The notes beneath the pieces are model-generated. The model worked only from the letters and a program-made list of their open reading frames with translations. It was not told where the DNA came from and ran no database searches. A program made the position numbers and the translations under genes. This document shows positions 1-12,935 of a stretch of 64,000 nucleotides of DNA, one piece after another. The stretch is from the human T2T-CHM13v2.0 reference genome, Homo sapiens, in the NCBI RefSeq assembly GCF_009914755.1, contig NC_060947.1; one strand, written 5' to 3'. The stretch's first letter is position 1. Each line of letters begins with the position of its first letter.

Positions 1-1720
1 TAGCAGGTAAAAGGCATTTTATGTTTCCGTGTTGGGGAGTATGGCAGAAGAGGCTGCTCAAGGAAAGTACTTTTTTAAACAACCACCGGGTGTCAGCAGA
101 GGACTTAGAACTCTTGGCAACATCTGTGTTCTTGGTTTTCTTGGATTTAATTTGCTAGGCCATCTCCATTGGAATTTTTGAAAGGCAGTCAACCTCCACG
201 GGGCCACTTTCTCCCAAATATTAGTGTCAAACACTTTCACCGCAACACTGCATCACGATTGTTTATCTTTGCCTAATAAAACTAGCACTAGTTCCTCAAT
301 CTTTTTCTGATTTAAAACCTTTAATTCTGTCTTTCATGGTGAAGGTTCTACAAAGTAGACAGGCTGCCAGGGTGGGGAAGTGTCACCAAACTCTAGTTGT
401 TTTTACTGACCTCTCCCCCCATACAGGTAAAGCTCACACTTACCTTATGCAGTGAAAAGTACAGGGACCATTCTTTGTCCTGCACACACACACAAAAATC
501 TGATAATGGAGCTTGATGGTTCCAAATTACAGAAAGTATTTTCAGAGTATAAAGGAGAGAGGTCTAAGCATCTTCACTGGCCCAGCCATTTGGTTCATGG
601 TATAGCATATATTTGGTGGTGGTCACAGATATTAGGAACTGTGTATTGATTGACAAGGGAAACCTTGGCAAGGTGGGTATGGATTTGTATCATGCCAATT
701 CTCTCCAGTTTTCTCACCTTGACTCCTCACTTGAGTGAGCAAACTAGACAGGGATCCAAGGCATTTGGTATGAGACATTAGGCTCTAGGGTGGGGCCAAA
801 CTGGAGATGGTCTTTCTTGGACACCCAGGTTTCTTTCAAGCTTCATGCGGTATCAGAAGTGGTAGCAGTTACAAGGCTGTCAGTTTGAGTTGCTAAGCTA
901 TTGGTGACCTGAAAGACCAGCTTGGGAGATGGTTAGAGACATAAAGCAACCCCAGTGGCTTTAGCAGCTAAAGCTGCCAGGGCGTGTGGCCTGCAGGGGG
1001 TGGGGTGTTAGGCATAGTATGCACCCTGGAATCTATCCCATAAAGTAAAGGCCTGATTGATGCAGGGTTCTAGTTTAGACATGCTATAGGGATTTCCTTT
1101 GGACTGATCAGTGGGATTTGGCAAATCGCATTACAGCTAATTCCAGGAACTATGCAGATTCTTCTGTTGTTTTATATTGAATAAAATATTAAGACAGCAC
1201 ATCAATAGGGATTCAAAAATATTTGGAATATTTTGTTTTTGTGGAAATTTCTGCAATAATAGTCAAAGGGAATCACTGTGTTCCTGAAAACATTGTGCAG
1301 GATGTCCATAAAATATACTGTGTACACACATGCCATCAAAGAGGGCAGCTGTCATTCTTCATGGGGTTATACCCAGCTTGGTGTCAGGCAGCAGCTGGGG
1401 GAAGGCTCTCAGACCTGTCGTATGATGTGCTTTGTAAACTGCTTTTTAAAAAAGAAGTTCTTTATTGTTGGCTTGACTTCTAATTAACACAATAATTGCA
1501 TATGGGATTGTGTAAGGGGCACGTTTATTGGGGAAAATAAATGAAGTGTCTTTATGATGATTTTAGTTAACACTCTCTGACATTTCTCGTTGCTCAGGGA
1601 ATCCTACAGCAAGTACCGTCTTATTCACGGAAACTTGAGTCTTCAAATTTGGCCACATTGCTCTGTGCTGATTCTCACCTCTCTTGGCAATAGCTTCACA
1701 CTCTCCTCTCCCTCTTTCAG

Positions 1721-1909
1721 ATCACTGGGGTGATCCTGCTGGCTGTTGGAGTCTGGGGCAAACTTACTCTGGGCACCTATATCTCCCTTATTGCCGAGAA
1801 CTCCACAAATGCTCCCTATGTGCTCATCGGAACTGGCACCACTATTGTTGTCTTTGGCCTGTTTGGATGCTTTGCTACATGTCGTGGTAGCCCATGGATG
1901 CTGAAACTG
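1721..1909 (+). CDS. TSPAN7: Tetraspanin-7 coding exon 2 (end of TM1, EC1, TM2)
   Basis: Pyrimidine tract ctctcctctccctctttcag| acceptor and |gtgagt donor; 189 nt encoding ITGVILLAVGVWGKLTLGTYISLIAENSTNAPYVLIGTGTTIVVFGLFGCFATCRGSPWMLKL, recognised as TSPAN7. Confidence 0.97.
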
Positions 1910-2123
1910 GTGAGTATGTCACAACATAATACTGCTTTCTCAACTATATTTTTGTAAAAATATAAATTACATGGAGGTGAAGTGGTTCGTCTTGAGGTCA
2001 CAGACAAGACCTTAACAATTTCAGTCCAGACTCTTTCCTAATCCATCCTTTAATCCCCTAGAGGTAAAAACAACCCCAAACACAGCCTGGCACACTAAAT
2101 CTAGTCCCAGTCCCTCTGGGTAG

Positions 2124-2498
<375 letters not shown>

Positions 2499-3414
2499 TC
2501 GCCCTGTTTCAATTTTGAACTATATCTTAGAAGTCTCCTTAAGCATGTGATATGCAGCTTTGGTGGCAAGGCAGCATCCTGAACATAAGCAGACTTTCAC
2601 CTCCAAGTTCCTATTGGAGAAATACTTTCCACCTCCTTGAGCCTGGCCATGCATGGATGCATGTGTGTGGTCTTCTCTGAACCTGTACTCCCTGTCTCAG
2701 TGCTATGAGAGTTGAGCTAAGCCAGAGCCTGCCACCCAGAGGACTTATGCAGTGTCAAGCGTTGGCTACCAGGACCAGTGCAGGGTGCATACTCTCATGG
2801 GACAGATAAAGCAGTGATGCTTCCCAGATGATAAGGGCAGACTATTGAAAGGCTATTACTGTGATTTTTAACTTTTAGGTACAGCAGTTAACTAATTCTC
2901 TATTCACTGTTCATGTTCTTCACTGATGGGGATTAATGGTAAAGGATTTTATAGATAAAAATTAGCAAGGACCTGTCCTCAAAATAAAATTTTGTTTAAA
3001 AATATTTATTTCAGGCATCTTACTCCGTGAAGGGAGAAGCAAAGATTCCATCAGGGCCATGTTGCCTGTCCCTGTGTAGCCCTAGGTTGTAGTAACATTT
3101 AATACCATCTAGTGATATATGTGGGTGTGAGAGTGGTTCATTCCAAAGGAACCATCTTCCCAACTGGCACTGGGCAGTCAGTCTCTGTTGTCAACCTCAT
3201 AGAAGTGGTGCTTGACTTTGCCATTTTCTATCCTGCAGACCATACAGGAGGCTGATGCCTCAGCCGCCACTGATTCTTCAGGTTGATGGGCAAGCCATAA
3301 TGAGGCCCATCCTGATTATGGGCCAGGCTTCTGCTGCTGTCACCTGGCACTCTATTCTAACACCCTGAGTCTACCTTCTAGTACTTCTCATAAACACTAG
3401 GGTTTCTTTTGGTC

Positions 3415-3600
3415 TAGTGCCATAGTCCTCAACTCCAGATACATGATTAAATCACCTGGGAAGCCATTTGCAAAAACCTTTGCCAGCATCCCACCACTAG
3501 CTGGTTGAAGTAGACTCCTCAGTGGTGGTGAGGCCCTGGCATCTTATTTTCTAAAAAGCTCTCCAGAGGATTCAATCTTGTAGCCAGTATTGAGAACCTT
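3415..3600. mobile_element. MER5-like hAT-Charlie DNA transposon fossil
   Basis: aatcacctggga ... aaaagctctccagaggattc ... ttgagaacc resembles MER5A. Confidence 0.55.
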
Positions 3601-4117
3601 TTGTTTAGCACAATGAGTAGCAAGGGGAGAATTAACTTCAAAAGCAGAGAAAAGAAAAAATTCTAAAAAACCATCCATTCAAACAAGAAGGGAAGTGATG
3701 TGGTGTTGAGACCTGACTGATTCCAACTAACTGTTTAAAGTCTTTAGCGGCAAGGATGTAACCTCCTTGGACCTTTGTCTCCAATTGTAACAAAATAGAA
3801 TTGGACTAAATCACCAAAGTTTCTCCCGGCCCAAATACTATGACTGGAGAGGGGTGGGAGAGGTGATATTTTTATGTTCTAATTCTCAATTTGCTTGTGG
3901 GGCAGAAGTATCCCATAGCTGAGTATAATGTCATAAAATAGGATATGTGTATAAACAATGGAATAGTTAGTTCTGGCCTCTTCTGGAGGTGGCTTCACAC
4001 CACACTACCATTTTCTTCTCCTAACACAAGTTCACTGGCAGGTGAGCATTTTGGGAAGTAGAGAAGTTTTTTGGTTTGGGGCTTAATTTGGGTCTTTAAA
4101 AATGTCTTTTAGATCAA

Positions 4118-4855
4118 ATTTTAGATTCTACATATGTGTAAGATCAGGCAGTTATTAGTCTTTTCTTTCCCTGACTTATTTCACTTAATCCTCTAGATTC
4201 ATTCATGTTGTCGCAAGTGACAGGATTTCATTCTTGTTTATGGCCAAATAGTATTCCATTGTGTATAGACACATTGTGTCCAGTGTGTATGGACACTTAG
4301 GTTGGCTATTGTCAATAGTGCTGCAATATACATGGGGGCGTGGCTATCTCCTCAACATATTGATTTCATTTTCTTTGGGTATATACCCCGCAGTAGGATT
4401 GCTGGATCATATGGTAGTTCTACTTTTAATTTTTTGAGGAACCTCTACTCTGTTATCCATAGTGGTTGTACTAATTTACATTCCAATCAGCAGTGTATAA
4501 GAGTTCTCCCTTTTCCACATCCTCATCAGCATTTATTTTTTTTTTTTTGTCTAGAGACAGGGGAGGAGGGAGAAGCAGAGGTTGGCCAATGGGTACAAAG
4601 TCACAGCTAGATAGGAGGAATTATCTGGTGTTTTATTGCATAGTAGGGTAACTATAGTTAATGTATTACATATTTAGCAATAGCTAGAAGAGAGGATTTA
4701 GAATGTTCCCACCACAAAGAAATATTTTAGGTAATGGATATGCTAACTACTCTGATTTGATCATTACACAGAGTATGCATGTATCAAAACATCATACTGT
4801 ACCCCATAAATATGTACAATTATTATATGTTAGTTAAAAACAATAAAATTTTTAA
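4118..4855. mobile_element. L1MA-type 3' end in two pieces, the 5' piece inverted
   Basis: ~4118-4540 is antisense L1 ORF2-end/3'UTR sequence; ~4550-4855 is sense L1MA terminal 3'UTR ending aataaaa. Confidence 0.8.
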
Positions 4856-4929
4856 AATATGATTTGGTCCTTTTATGTGATAGAGGCTATACTGGGTGCG
4901 TATGATATTTTATTTTTCTCCTCACTACC

Positions 4930-5070
4930 ACCATGCAGTGTAGGTTATATTTTCATATAATGTGATAGGAACTTGGGGGTTTAGATAACCCACCCAAATT
5001 CACACAGCTAATGTATGGAAGGCTGGGATTTGAACCCTTGTATGTTTCCTTCCAAAGCTAGGACTATTTC
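4930..5070 (-). mobile_element. MIR fragment
   Basis: cacacagctaatg...ggctgggatttgaaccc is the reverse MIR core. Confidence 0.65.
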
Positions 5071-6976
5071 AACTCCAATGTTTACATTTGGGAAAAAAGC
5101 TCTAACCCCTACTGACCTGTATTTAGTACAAGCTCGTCCCAATAGGCTTTTGGCAAATGCTTTCTGTAGGTAAAACGGCCACTCTCTGAAAGCTCCTAGA
5201 GGCAGGAAACTTGCCAGACACAGAAAACTGCTGATTCGGCTGATGAGAGCGGAAGTCACTTGATTAACTGTCAGTCTAGAATTTTGCAGTCCTTATATAA
5301 CCTCATTAATTGCAAAACAACTGAAAATAACTATGTCTACTTTATGGAAGCCCAGAGAGGCTGCCTCCTTTCTAAGAGGTAGTTCATAACAAGATAGGAT
5401 TCAAACCTAGGAGGACTTCTGACTACAGAGATAAATGCCCTTTCTTCCACCTGCCTGCTAACAGTTATTTTCCCACCCAACTTTCTGGAAGAGTCTAGGC
5501 TTATCCCATCAGCAAAATGGGAGAGTCTCACATCAAACTCTGCTTTGAATTGCATTTTGTATGAAGTTGGGAAAGAAGTCATGTACATGGGGCATTCTCA
5601 TAACTACATGTTTAGTATTTGAGTGGCTGTGCTTTCTAGAGAATTTTGTTAATATTTAGAAAGAAATTAATATTTTAAGCCAACATTTCCTTTTTCGATA
5701 TATGTGCCACTAGATGAGAAAAAAAAATTATGACTCAGCATACATATGTATACTTTATGAGACATGTGTATACTTTACAGGTAAGTAATGTGGCCACATG
5801 CAATCTATCCAAATTCCACAGCATTGTTTAGGGCCATTGCAAATGTTCAAAACCATTATATTTCATTTTGAAATAAGAAGCAGATTGTAAGACATGTGCC
5901 TTGTAGGTAAGGAATCAATTCTTGTTTTTATCTGCCTTTCAAAGTTATCCTTAATGTTTCGTAAATACCATGTACTACCCTTGAATTTAGGCGTGCTTGC
6001 ATGTGCATGCACATGCAAAAAACTTGAGAAGTATCAGCAGCATGAGATGAAAAGCACTAAAGGCGTTAGATGCTTGCAAATGTCATTAGTAGTATAGTGC
6101 ATTTACTTTTTGAAAGGCTTTAAACTCCACGCAGCATCCCGAACAAGAAAGGCAGGCAACTCCACAGGAAAGCTGCAGTGGCTACTGTGTCCAGTGATGA
6201 CCACCAATCTGAAGAGGAACATCATCTTGCACACGTTTGGCTTCTTGGGCCCAGATGGGAGGGATACAATTCCAAATGAAGCAGTTTTGTAACTGTTTCA
6301 TCTGAGATGTGGTTGAGACTACTGGAGGCGTTTGCCTAGGCAGCAGGTTCTCATCCTGGCCGTGTTCACAAACATGATGGGCTAGCGTTAGAGAAAAGAC
6401 ATTGGGCTGGTTCTTATTTCTTCTGAAAGCAGCACCAATGCCAGTGAGTGGAAGTTAGAAGTAGGCAGACTTGTGGCCAAAGGGAAAGGAAGTCTTTCCA
6501 ACAATTGGAACAGTTTCAAAATGGAATGGGCCGCAGGGAATTGGCTTGCAGACCGTCGTGAGGAAGTTGGTAAAAAAGGACCCCCAGACAGGGCAGAATG
6601 TGTCCTGTGACCTTCAGAGCAGTTTGGTTTTTTTCTAGCTCAAAGATTCTAGTGTAACAAATAGTGGATACCTTAGTTGTGAAAGTTCCTTCCAGATTTC
6701 TCCAGGTGAGCCAAGCTGATAGGCACAATGCCAGTCTCTCAGTGAATTCTCCCCAGCCTGTGTACTCCAAAATGCATATGCATATTAAACACACATTCCT
6801 AGATTGAGGCTTATGTGGGTAAATTTAGAGACGAATGTTTTATATTTTTTTCTAAACTTTGTCTAGGGAGTGTGAGGACTTGTCTAATTCCCGCTGATTG
6901 AAAGTAACCTACCCTGAAGAAGCCCTCTTCTTAATCCTGATGTATCTGACTTTGTCTTTGTGTGCTTAATTTTCAG

Positions 6977-7051
6977 TATGCCATGTTTCTGTCCCTGGTG
7001 TTCCTGGCTGAGCTCGTAGCTGGCATTTCAGGGTTTGTGTTTCGTCATGAG
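6977..7051 (+). CDS. TSPAN7: Tetraspanin-7 coding exon 3 (TM3)
   Basis: aattttcag| ... |gtgagt; 75 nt encoding YAMFLSLVFLAELVAGISGFVFRHE, in frame with exon 2. Confidence 0.97.
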
Positions 7052-7361
7052 GTGAGTATACACAAAATGCAGAACTCAGTTAAGGGGTGTTTGGGAGGAG
7101 GATTCTTGAAACCTCTTGAAATGTGTAAAGGGTGCATATAGGCTAGCTGTTTTCCTCAGTGGTGTTGTTGTTTTCCAAAGATCATGTCATATGACCTGAA
7201 ATTTTCATGAAATTCTAAATGTGGGAATTCCACCAAGCTTGAAACCTTCATTGTTGATCTTCACTGTTTCTCTGTGTAGCCATTGCATAAAATGATTCTC
7301 TCCCGTTATAAAGCAGTGACCTTCAATATGGATTTCATACTCCTTAAAAATAGCTGCTTCA

Positions 7362-7660
7362 GGCTGGGCATGGTGGCTCATATCTGCAATACCAGAGCTT
7401 TGCAAGGCCTGGGGCAGGAGGATCTCTTGAGGCCAGAAGTTCAAGAGCAGCCTGGGCAACATAGTGAGAACCCCATCTCTAAAAAATAAAAAAAATAAAT
7501 TAGCTGGGTGTGGTGGCTTGCTTCTATAGTCCCAGCTACTTAGGAGGCTGAGGAGGGAGGATCACTTGAGCTTGGGAGGTCGAGGCTGCAGTGAGCTAAT
7601 ATCACACTGCTGTACTCCAGCCTGGGCAAGAGAGTGAGATCCTGTCTCTATTTTTTGTTT
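7362..7660 (+). mobile_element. AluJ-like SINE
   Basis: Dimer with gaggctgcagtgagc; TSD ttaaaaatagctgcttca on both sides. Confidence 0.9.
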
Positions 7661-8870
7661 TTAAAAATAGCTGCTTCAGTAAGGCACAAGTGTATATCTG
7701 TATAACAAGATTTCTAAGACTATAAAGGCAAGCCAAACTAATTGTCTTGCTGCCTCAAAATTTTATCATTGACTCTCCATAAATAATAGTAAAGCCAGAA
7801 GTAGATACACATGTGTTAAAAAGAAAAAGAAAAAAAATATATACAGGTGGAAAACAGAGAGTGTTACTGTGGGTCTCGAAAGGCTGGCATCATCTGTTCC
7901 CAGGCCCTGTTTTTTTTTTTAATTTTTTTAAAAAATTTTTCATTAACCCATCTTGCTGCACACTTAAAGATCCCACTATTGTGCTTGGCCAAGTTCAGTT
8001 CCCCCTGAGCTTGACTGTATGCTCTCTGCTCCCCTACTGCCTTGTTTTTCCCCTTTACCAAAGACAGTATCCCAGATGCCAAAGCTGATTCCCAGAACCC
8101 AGTTTGTATGGGTGCTGCATTTGGAATTAGAACCCCATTCATAGTCTCTAGTGAAGTGAGACCTGATGAAGTTTCAGCCTCAACAGCCCTAATAAGTGCC
8201 CCTCGTGCATGTATGAACACCAGGAGCAGCCTGGCTTGTTCCTACCTGAGCCTCTTGTTTGTTGCTGGGAGTGCGCTCTGTGGAGAGGTTTTTCTCTTAA
8301 TGGTGCTTGCTGCCTAGGGCCTGGAAATCCTCATGTACCTAATCTCTTTTGGCTGAAACCCTGAGGGCTGTTGTGGGAGGAAGGTACAATGCCACTCTGA
8401 CCACCAGCGCTGGTCTTGAGTTTGGCTAGTCAAACTCACATGATGACAATAGGTCTCATTTAGTGCCATTTAACAAAAGCAGAAAGATATAACAAAGGAA
8501 GCACAGTTTGCCTGCTAGGCAGTAGTGGGCTTGTTTCTCCACCATGAGTCCTCAAAATAGTCTAGTGCCTATTCTGTGTACAGTCCCCCATCCTAAGAGA
8601 CAGCTTAAGTGTAGCGAAATGAGATGACACAGCTGGGTGTGGTAGCCACCTTAGCTTAGAAGCTGCATGTAACTGGTATCTCTATCTCTTGTAACTGTCC
8701 CATGGACATAGTTTACAGCATTTTAGCAAAGAATATGCCTAGTTAGGAGAGTCACCATACTTAGCCCTAAGCTTCCCACCAAGTAGTTATTGTCATTTGC
8801 TGTCCTCCCAATCTGGAGGCATTTTACCAATTGGGGGTCAGTTTTATCAATAAACTCAGTGGCCTGGTAA

Positions 8871-9273
<403 letters not shown>

Positions 9274-9821
9274 AACCTTTTTAAGTTCTTGTCCTTTATT
9301 ATCTTTTTTTTTTAATTTGCCTCAATAAAGACAGGTAAGTGAAAGTTGGTTTTGCCTCACTCCTATGGTAAAACAGGGATCAGTTTTTGACCAAAACATC
9401 AGTCATCCTGTCCACCCAAGTGGTTTGTCTTTTATGAGCCTCCTGTGTAAGGGCAGAGAAAGTTATAGAAAGATGGGTATTAATCAATTCAAAGAAAATA
9501 AGTAGAAAGCTCATGCCTGAGGTTTGGCAGCTCACCATCACAGGCCTTTCAGAAATGGACAGGCCCCTCCAGTAGGTCATTCAGCAGGTCAGGCTTTCTC
9601 TGGATTGAGGCTGAGGGGAACAATTTTTTAAATTCCGGAGCTTAAAAACCCCCTGGTGAATTTTCTGAGCTTTTCCATCTCAGAAAATGGGGCATTGCCT
9701 CCCTGGCCTACATTTATACAGAGACTTTCAGAAGAGGCTATGTTAGGGTAGAATTTGGTAAGAATTGGAGTCAGTTTGGGCTGTGGTGGACTGCAATCAC
9801 ATCCCTCCTTGTCTTCCATAG

Positions 9822-9917
9822 ATCAAGGACACCTTCCTGAGGACTTACACGGACGCTATGCAGACTTACAATGGCAATGATGAGAGGAGCCGGGCAGTGG
9901 ACCATGTGCAGCGCAGC
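9822..9917 (+). CDS. TSPAN7: Tetraspanin-7 coding exon 4 (EC2 constant helices)
   Basis: gtcttccatag| ... |gtaagt; 96 nt encoding IKDTFLRTYTDAMQTYNGNDERSRAVDHVQRS. Confidence 0.97.
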
Positions 9918-10670
9918 GTAAGTTCCAGAGGAGATGAGGGTGTGAACTAACTATGAAGTCTAGGCTTAGACTTATGGACTGCCTGTAGGTTGGCCCAGTA
10001 GTTGCTATTTGTTCCCGTTCTTCAACTCTTAGTCCAGTTCCATTGCCAAGAGTTGACACCCAGTCCTTGTCCAGGCTCCAGTTATTCAGGTAATTAATGT
10101 CAAGGAGGACCACTCCCTTGAGTGTGCCTTGTATCAGTAAGGGTTGCAAGTATGGCAAGGACAGCTCATTTGCTCTTCAGATCTGAACCCTTGTGAAGGA
10201 GTTAGGCAGTGAGTGTGTGACAACCTTGCTTAGAGTTGGCTCCCGGAGGCTGGCTTTCTGGAATCGATGTCTTCAGGCTGGGTGGAGAGCTCAGGCGAGC
10301 TGCATTCACTGGCTGGGGCAGTGGAGTGGGCATAGAGTGGACCTAGAAGAAACTGAGGCTCTGTTAGGTATGTGAAGGTGGTGAGCTGCCTGATGCTTTG
10401 CGGAGGATATGGGGGAAATAGAAGAGAGATTTCCTGTCTGGGTGGCAAGTGCTGGCACTCAAGCATAACTGCCCATCAGGAATCACTAAGGGGGATTTTG
10501 CTTTGGTTTTTCTTGGTTTTGTTTACTTCAGAAGAAGTCTTTTTTCTAATTTATTTTGATAAAAGTTCCAACATATACAGAAAAGTCTCAGGAATACTAC
10601 AAGGAACTGTATACTCAGATTTACCAATTAATTATATTTTTGCCCCGTTTGCTTTAATATTCTCTACATT

Positions 10671-10872
10671 GGGGTTGGCAAACTTCTTCTGTAAAGGATC
10701 AAATAGTAAATATTTTAGGCTTTGAGGGCCATAAACTCTGTCACAACTACTCATCTCTGCCACTGTAGCACAAAAGCAGCCACAGACAGTATGTGAACAC
10801 ATAGTTGTGGCTGTGTCCCAGTAAAACTTTATTTACAAAAACAGGTAGCTCCTGGGCTATAGATTACCAGCT
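10671..10872 (+). mobile_element. MER58A-like hAT-Charlie fossil
   Basis: ggggttggcaaact...gtaaatattttaggcttt...gtaaaactttatttacaaaaacagg. Confidence 0.8.
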
Positions 10873-11305
10873 TTGGCTCTCCCTTTCTGTATGTGCATCT
10901 TTTTTTCTTAAGAACTATTTATTTACTTATTAGTAGATATCCCAGGGGAGAGTTTTTTGAAACCATATTTGCCTCAACTCACCAATCAATAGTCCTGATT
11001 TAGTGGATGAATACATCTATATCAATAGGTGATTGTGAGTTGGACACAGACGCACTGCTTTGCTTTGTGGAGGTAATAAGAAAGCCAATGTGATATATAA
11101 TTTAGAACTTCCTTCTTGGAGATCAAACAAGCATCAATATGGGTATAATTGTTATTGGAGCTTCCATTCATCTTGACTCACCAAAGCTGCACATGTTGTC
11201 TTAGGGCTTTTGCCTGTGTTTCTCTTATAAAAGTCACAAGGCAGTGATTGAGGAGACCACATTTGATCTGCCATTTTTTTATTCTTTTCCTTTCCCTGTT
11301 AATAG

Positions 11306-11461
11306 CTGAGCTGCTGTGGTGTGCAGAACTACACCAACTGGAGCACCAGCCCCTACTTCCTGGAGCATGGCATCCCCCCCAGCTGCTGCATGAACGAAAC
11401 TGATTGTAATCCCCAGGATCTACACAATCTGACTGTGGCCGCCACCAAAGTTAACCAGAAG
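11306..11461 (+). CDS. TSPAN7: Tetraspanin-7 coding exon 5 (EC2 variable region, CCG and PxSCC motifs)
   Basis: tttccctgttaatag| ... |gtaccc; 156 nt encoding LSCCGVQNYTNWSTSPYFLEHGIPPSCCMNETDCNPQDLHNLTVAATKVNQK, with four N-x-S/T sequons. Confidence 0.97.
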
Positions 11462-12719
11462 GTACCCGCTTTCTCCTGGCCCAGATGGGACCAGTGGTGA
11501 ATGTTTGGGGGGGCTTTTTTGTTTCCATGAAATTATGACAAATAGATTTGAAATAGTAGTCAAGGGAAAGAGAATCTTACTTTGTGGTTCCTTGATTGCC
11601 TGGGAGAGGCACTTGAGGCTGCTCACTTCTAAAAGAGAAAGCTGTGACTCAGATCAGCCTTGTCTTTCTCTCCCACAGCAAGGATCTACCAGGCATAGTT
11701 AGGAAGGTTTAGCAAGCAGTTCCTGTTAACCCTGATGCTTATGTCAGACAGCGAGTGTTGGCTTTCTTCTTTTGGGGTGTCCGTCTTCTGCTTAATATAC
11801 CATCTAAACATGAAATTGTTTGCAGCTGGGTGTCAGTTTTTGACAGCAAGAGGGGAGTAGAGTTGACAGACAGCATCTGCTTCTGCTAGGAGGGTGGCCT
11901 TTATTTTAGGGAGTTTACTGCCATAGGAAAAGAAATCAGCAACTCTGATTCAACTCACTGTCAACCTCCCGACTCCCAAAGAAATTAGAGAGGGGAAAAA
12001 AGAGGACTAAACGAAATTTAAAAGTTAGTACATAGTGAAAATGAGGGAAATGAAGTTTTAGTAGTCAGAGAAGAGGAAAATCAATTCTGCATTCCATTTT
12101 ACAGAGAATACGATGAAGACATGATATAACTGCATGTGAAGATTATCTACATCTTAAATGTTTAGAGAAATACCATATATAACATATATTTTGGTAAACA
12201 AAAGGGAGGAAAAAACCTACTATTGTGTTTACTTCCTGTTATTCAGTCAAGGGGTAAATCTTTTCTTGCTAAGGTAAAATTCTGTTCATATGATGCCTTC
12301 AAAATTCTATGTGATCTGGACCAGCTACTGAATAATTCAGAGAAAAAAAGATAGTTCAGTAAGATTCAGTACTGACTGCTTCTTGTCTAAGTTAAAAGGA
12401 CATCTGTTTCTATTTGAATTTTCTTATGAACCCAAACATTGAGGCTTCCTTCATCTCTTATTAGTTAATAAGGTAACTTCTGGCTTCCTCATGGACATCC
12501 CCACTGAGTACCCATACGTGTCATTATGCTTCCATTTTATGAAGTGCTAAGCATACCTGGCATGTGGTAGATACTCCAATTTATGGAAGGCAAGAAGTAC
12601 TCTATGGCAGTGAGATATTTGATATAACAGAGCTTCAGAAGGTTGTTCATGAAAGCAGTACCCAAGTCTTTTTTTTCCCCCCACTCAAGCTTCCTCTTCT
12701 TTTGTGAAAATTGAGGATC

Positions 12720-12935
12720 CAGAAGTCAGGAGCACAGGGTCTAGTGTCAGGCTCCAGTAGAAATTCTGACTGAGCCACTTGTTGGTTATGTGATCTCGGT
12801 CAAGTTACTTAACTTTGTCAGTCTTGCTTTTCTTGTCTGTAAAATGCGGATAATAATAGTACATGTTCCTTGTGCTTGATTTGAAGATTTAATGAGATAA
12901 AGTGTCAAAAGCACAGTGCCTGGCACAGATTATGA
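12720..12935 (+). mobile_element. MIR
   Basis: caagttacttaac...tctgtaaaatgcggataataatagtac...cacagtgcctggcaca. Confidence 0.8.

Noticed and set aside
1910-1957. ORF 1730-1957 running past exon 2
   Set aside because: It is read-through into intron 2 beyond a consensus gtgagt donor, not a separate gene.
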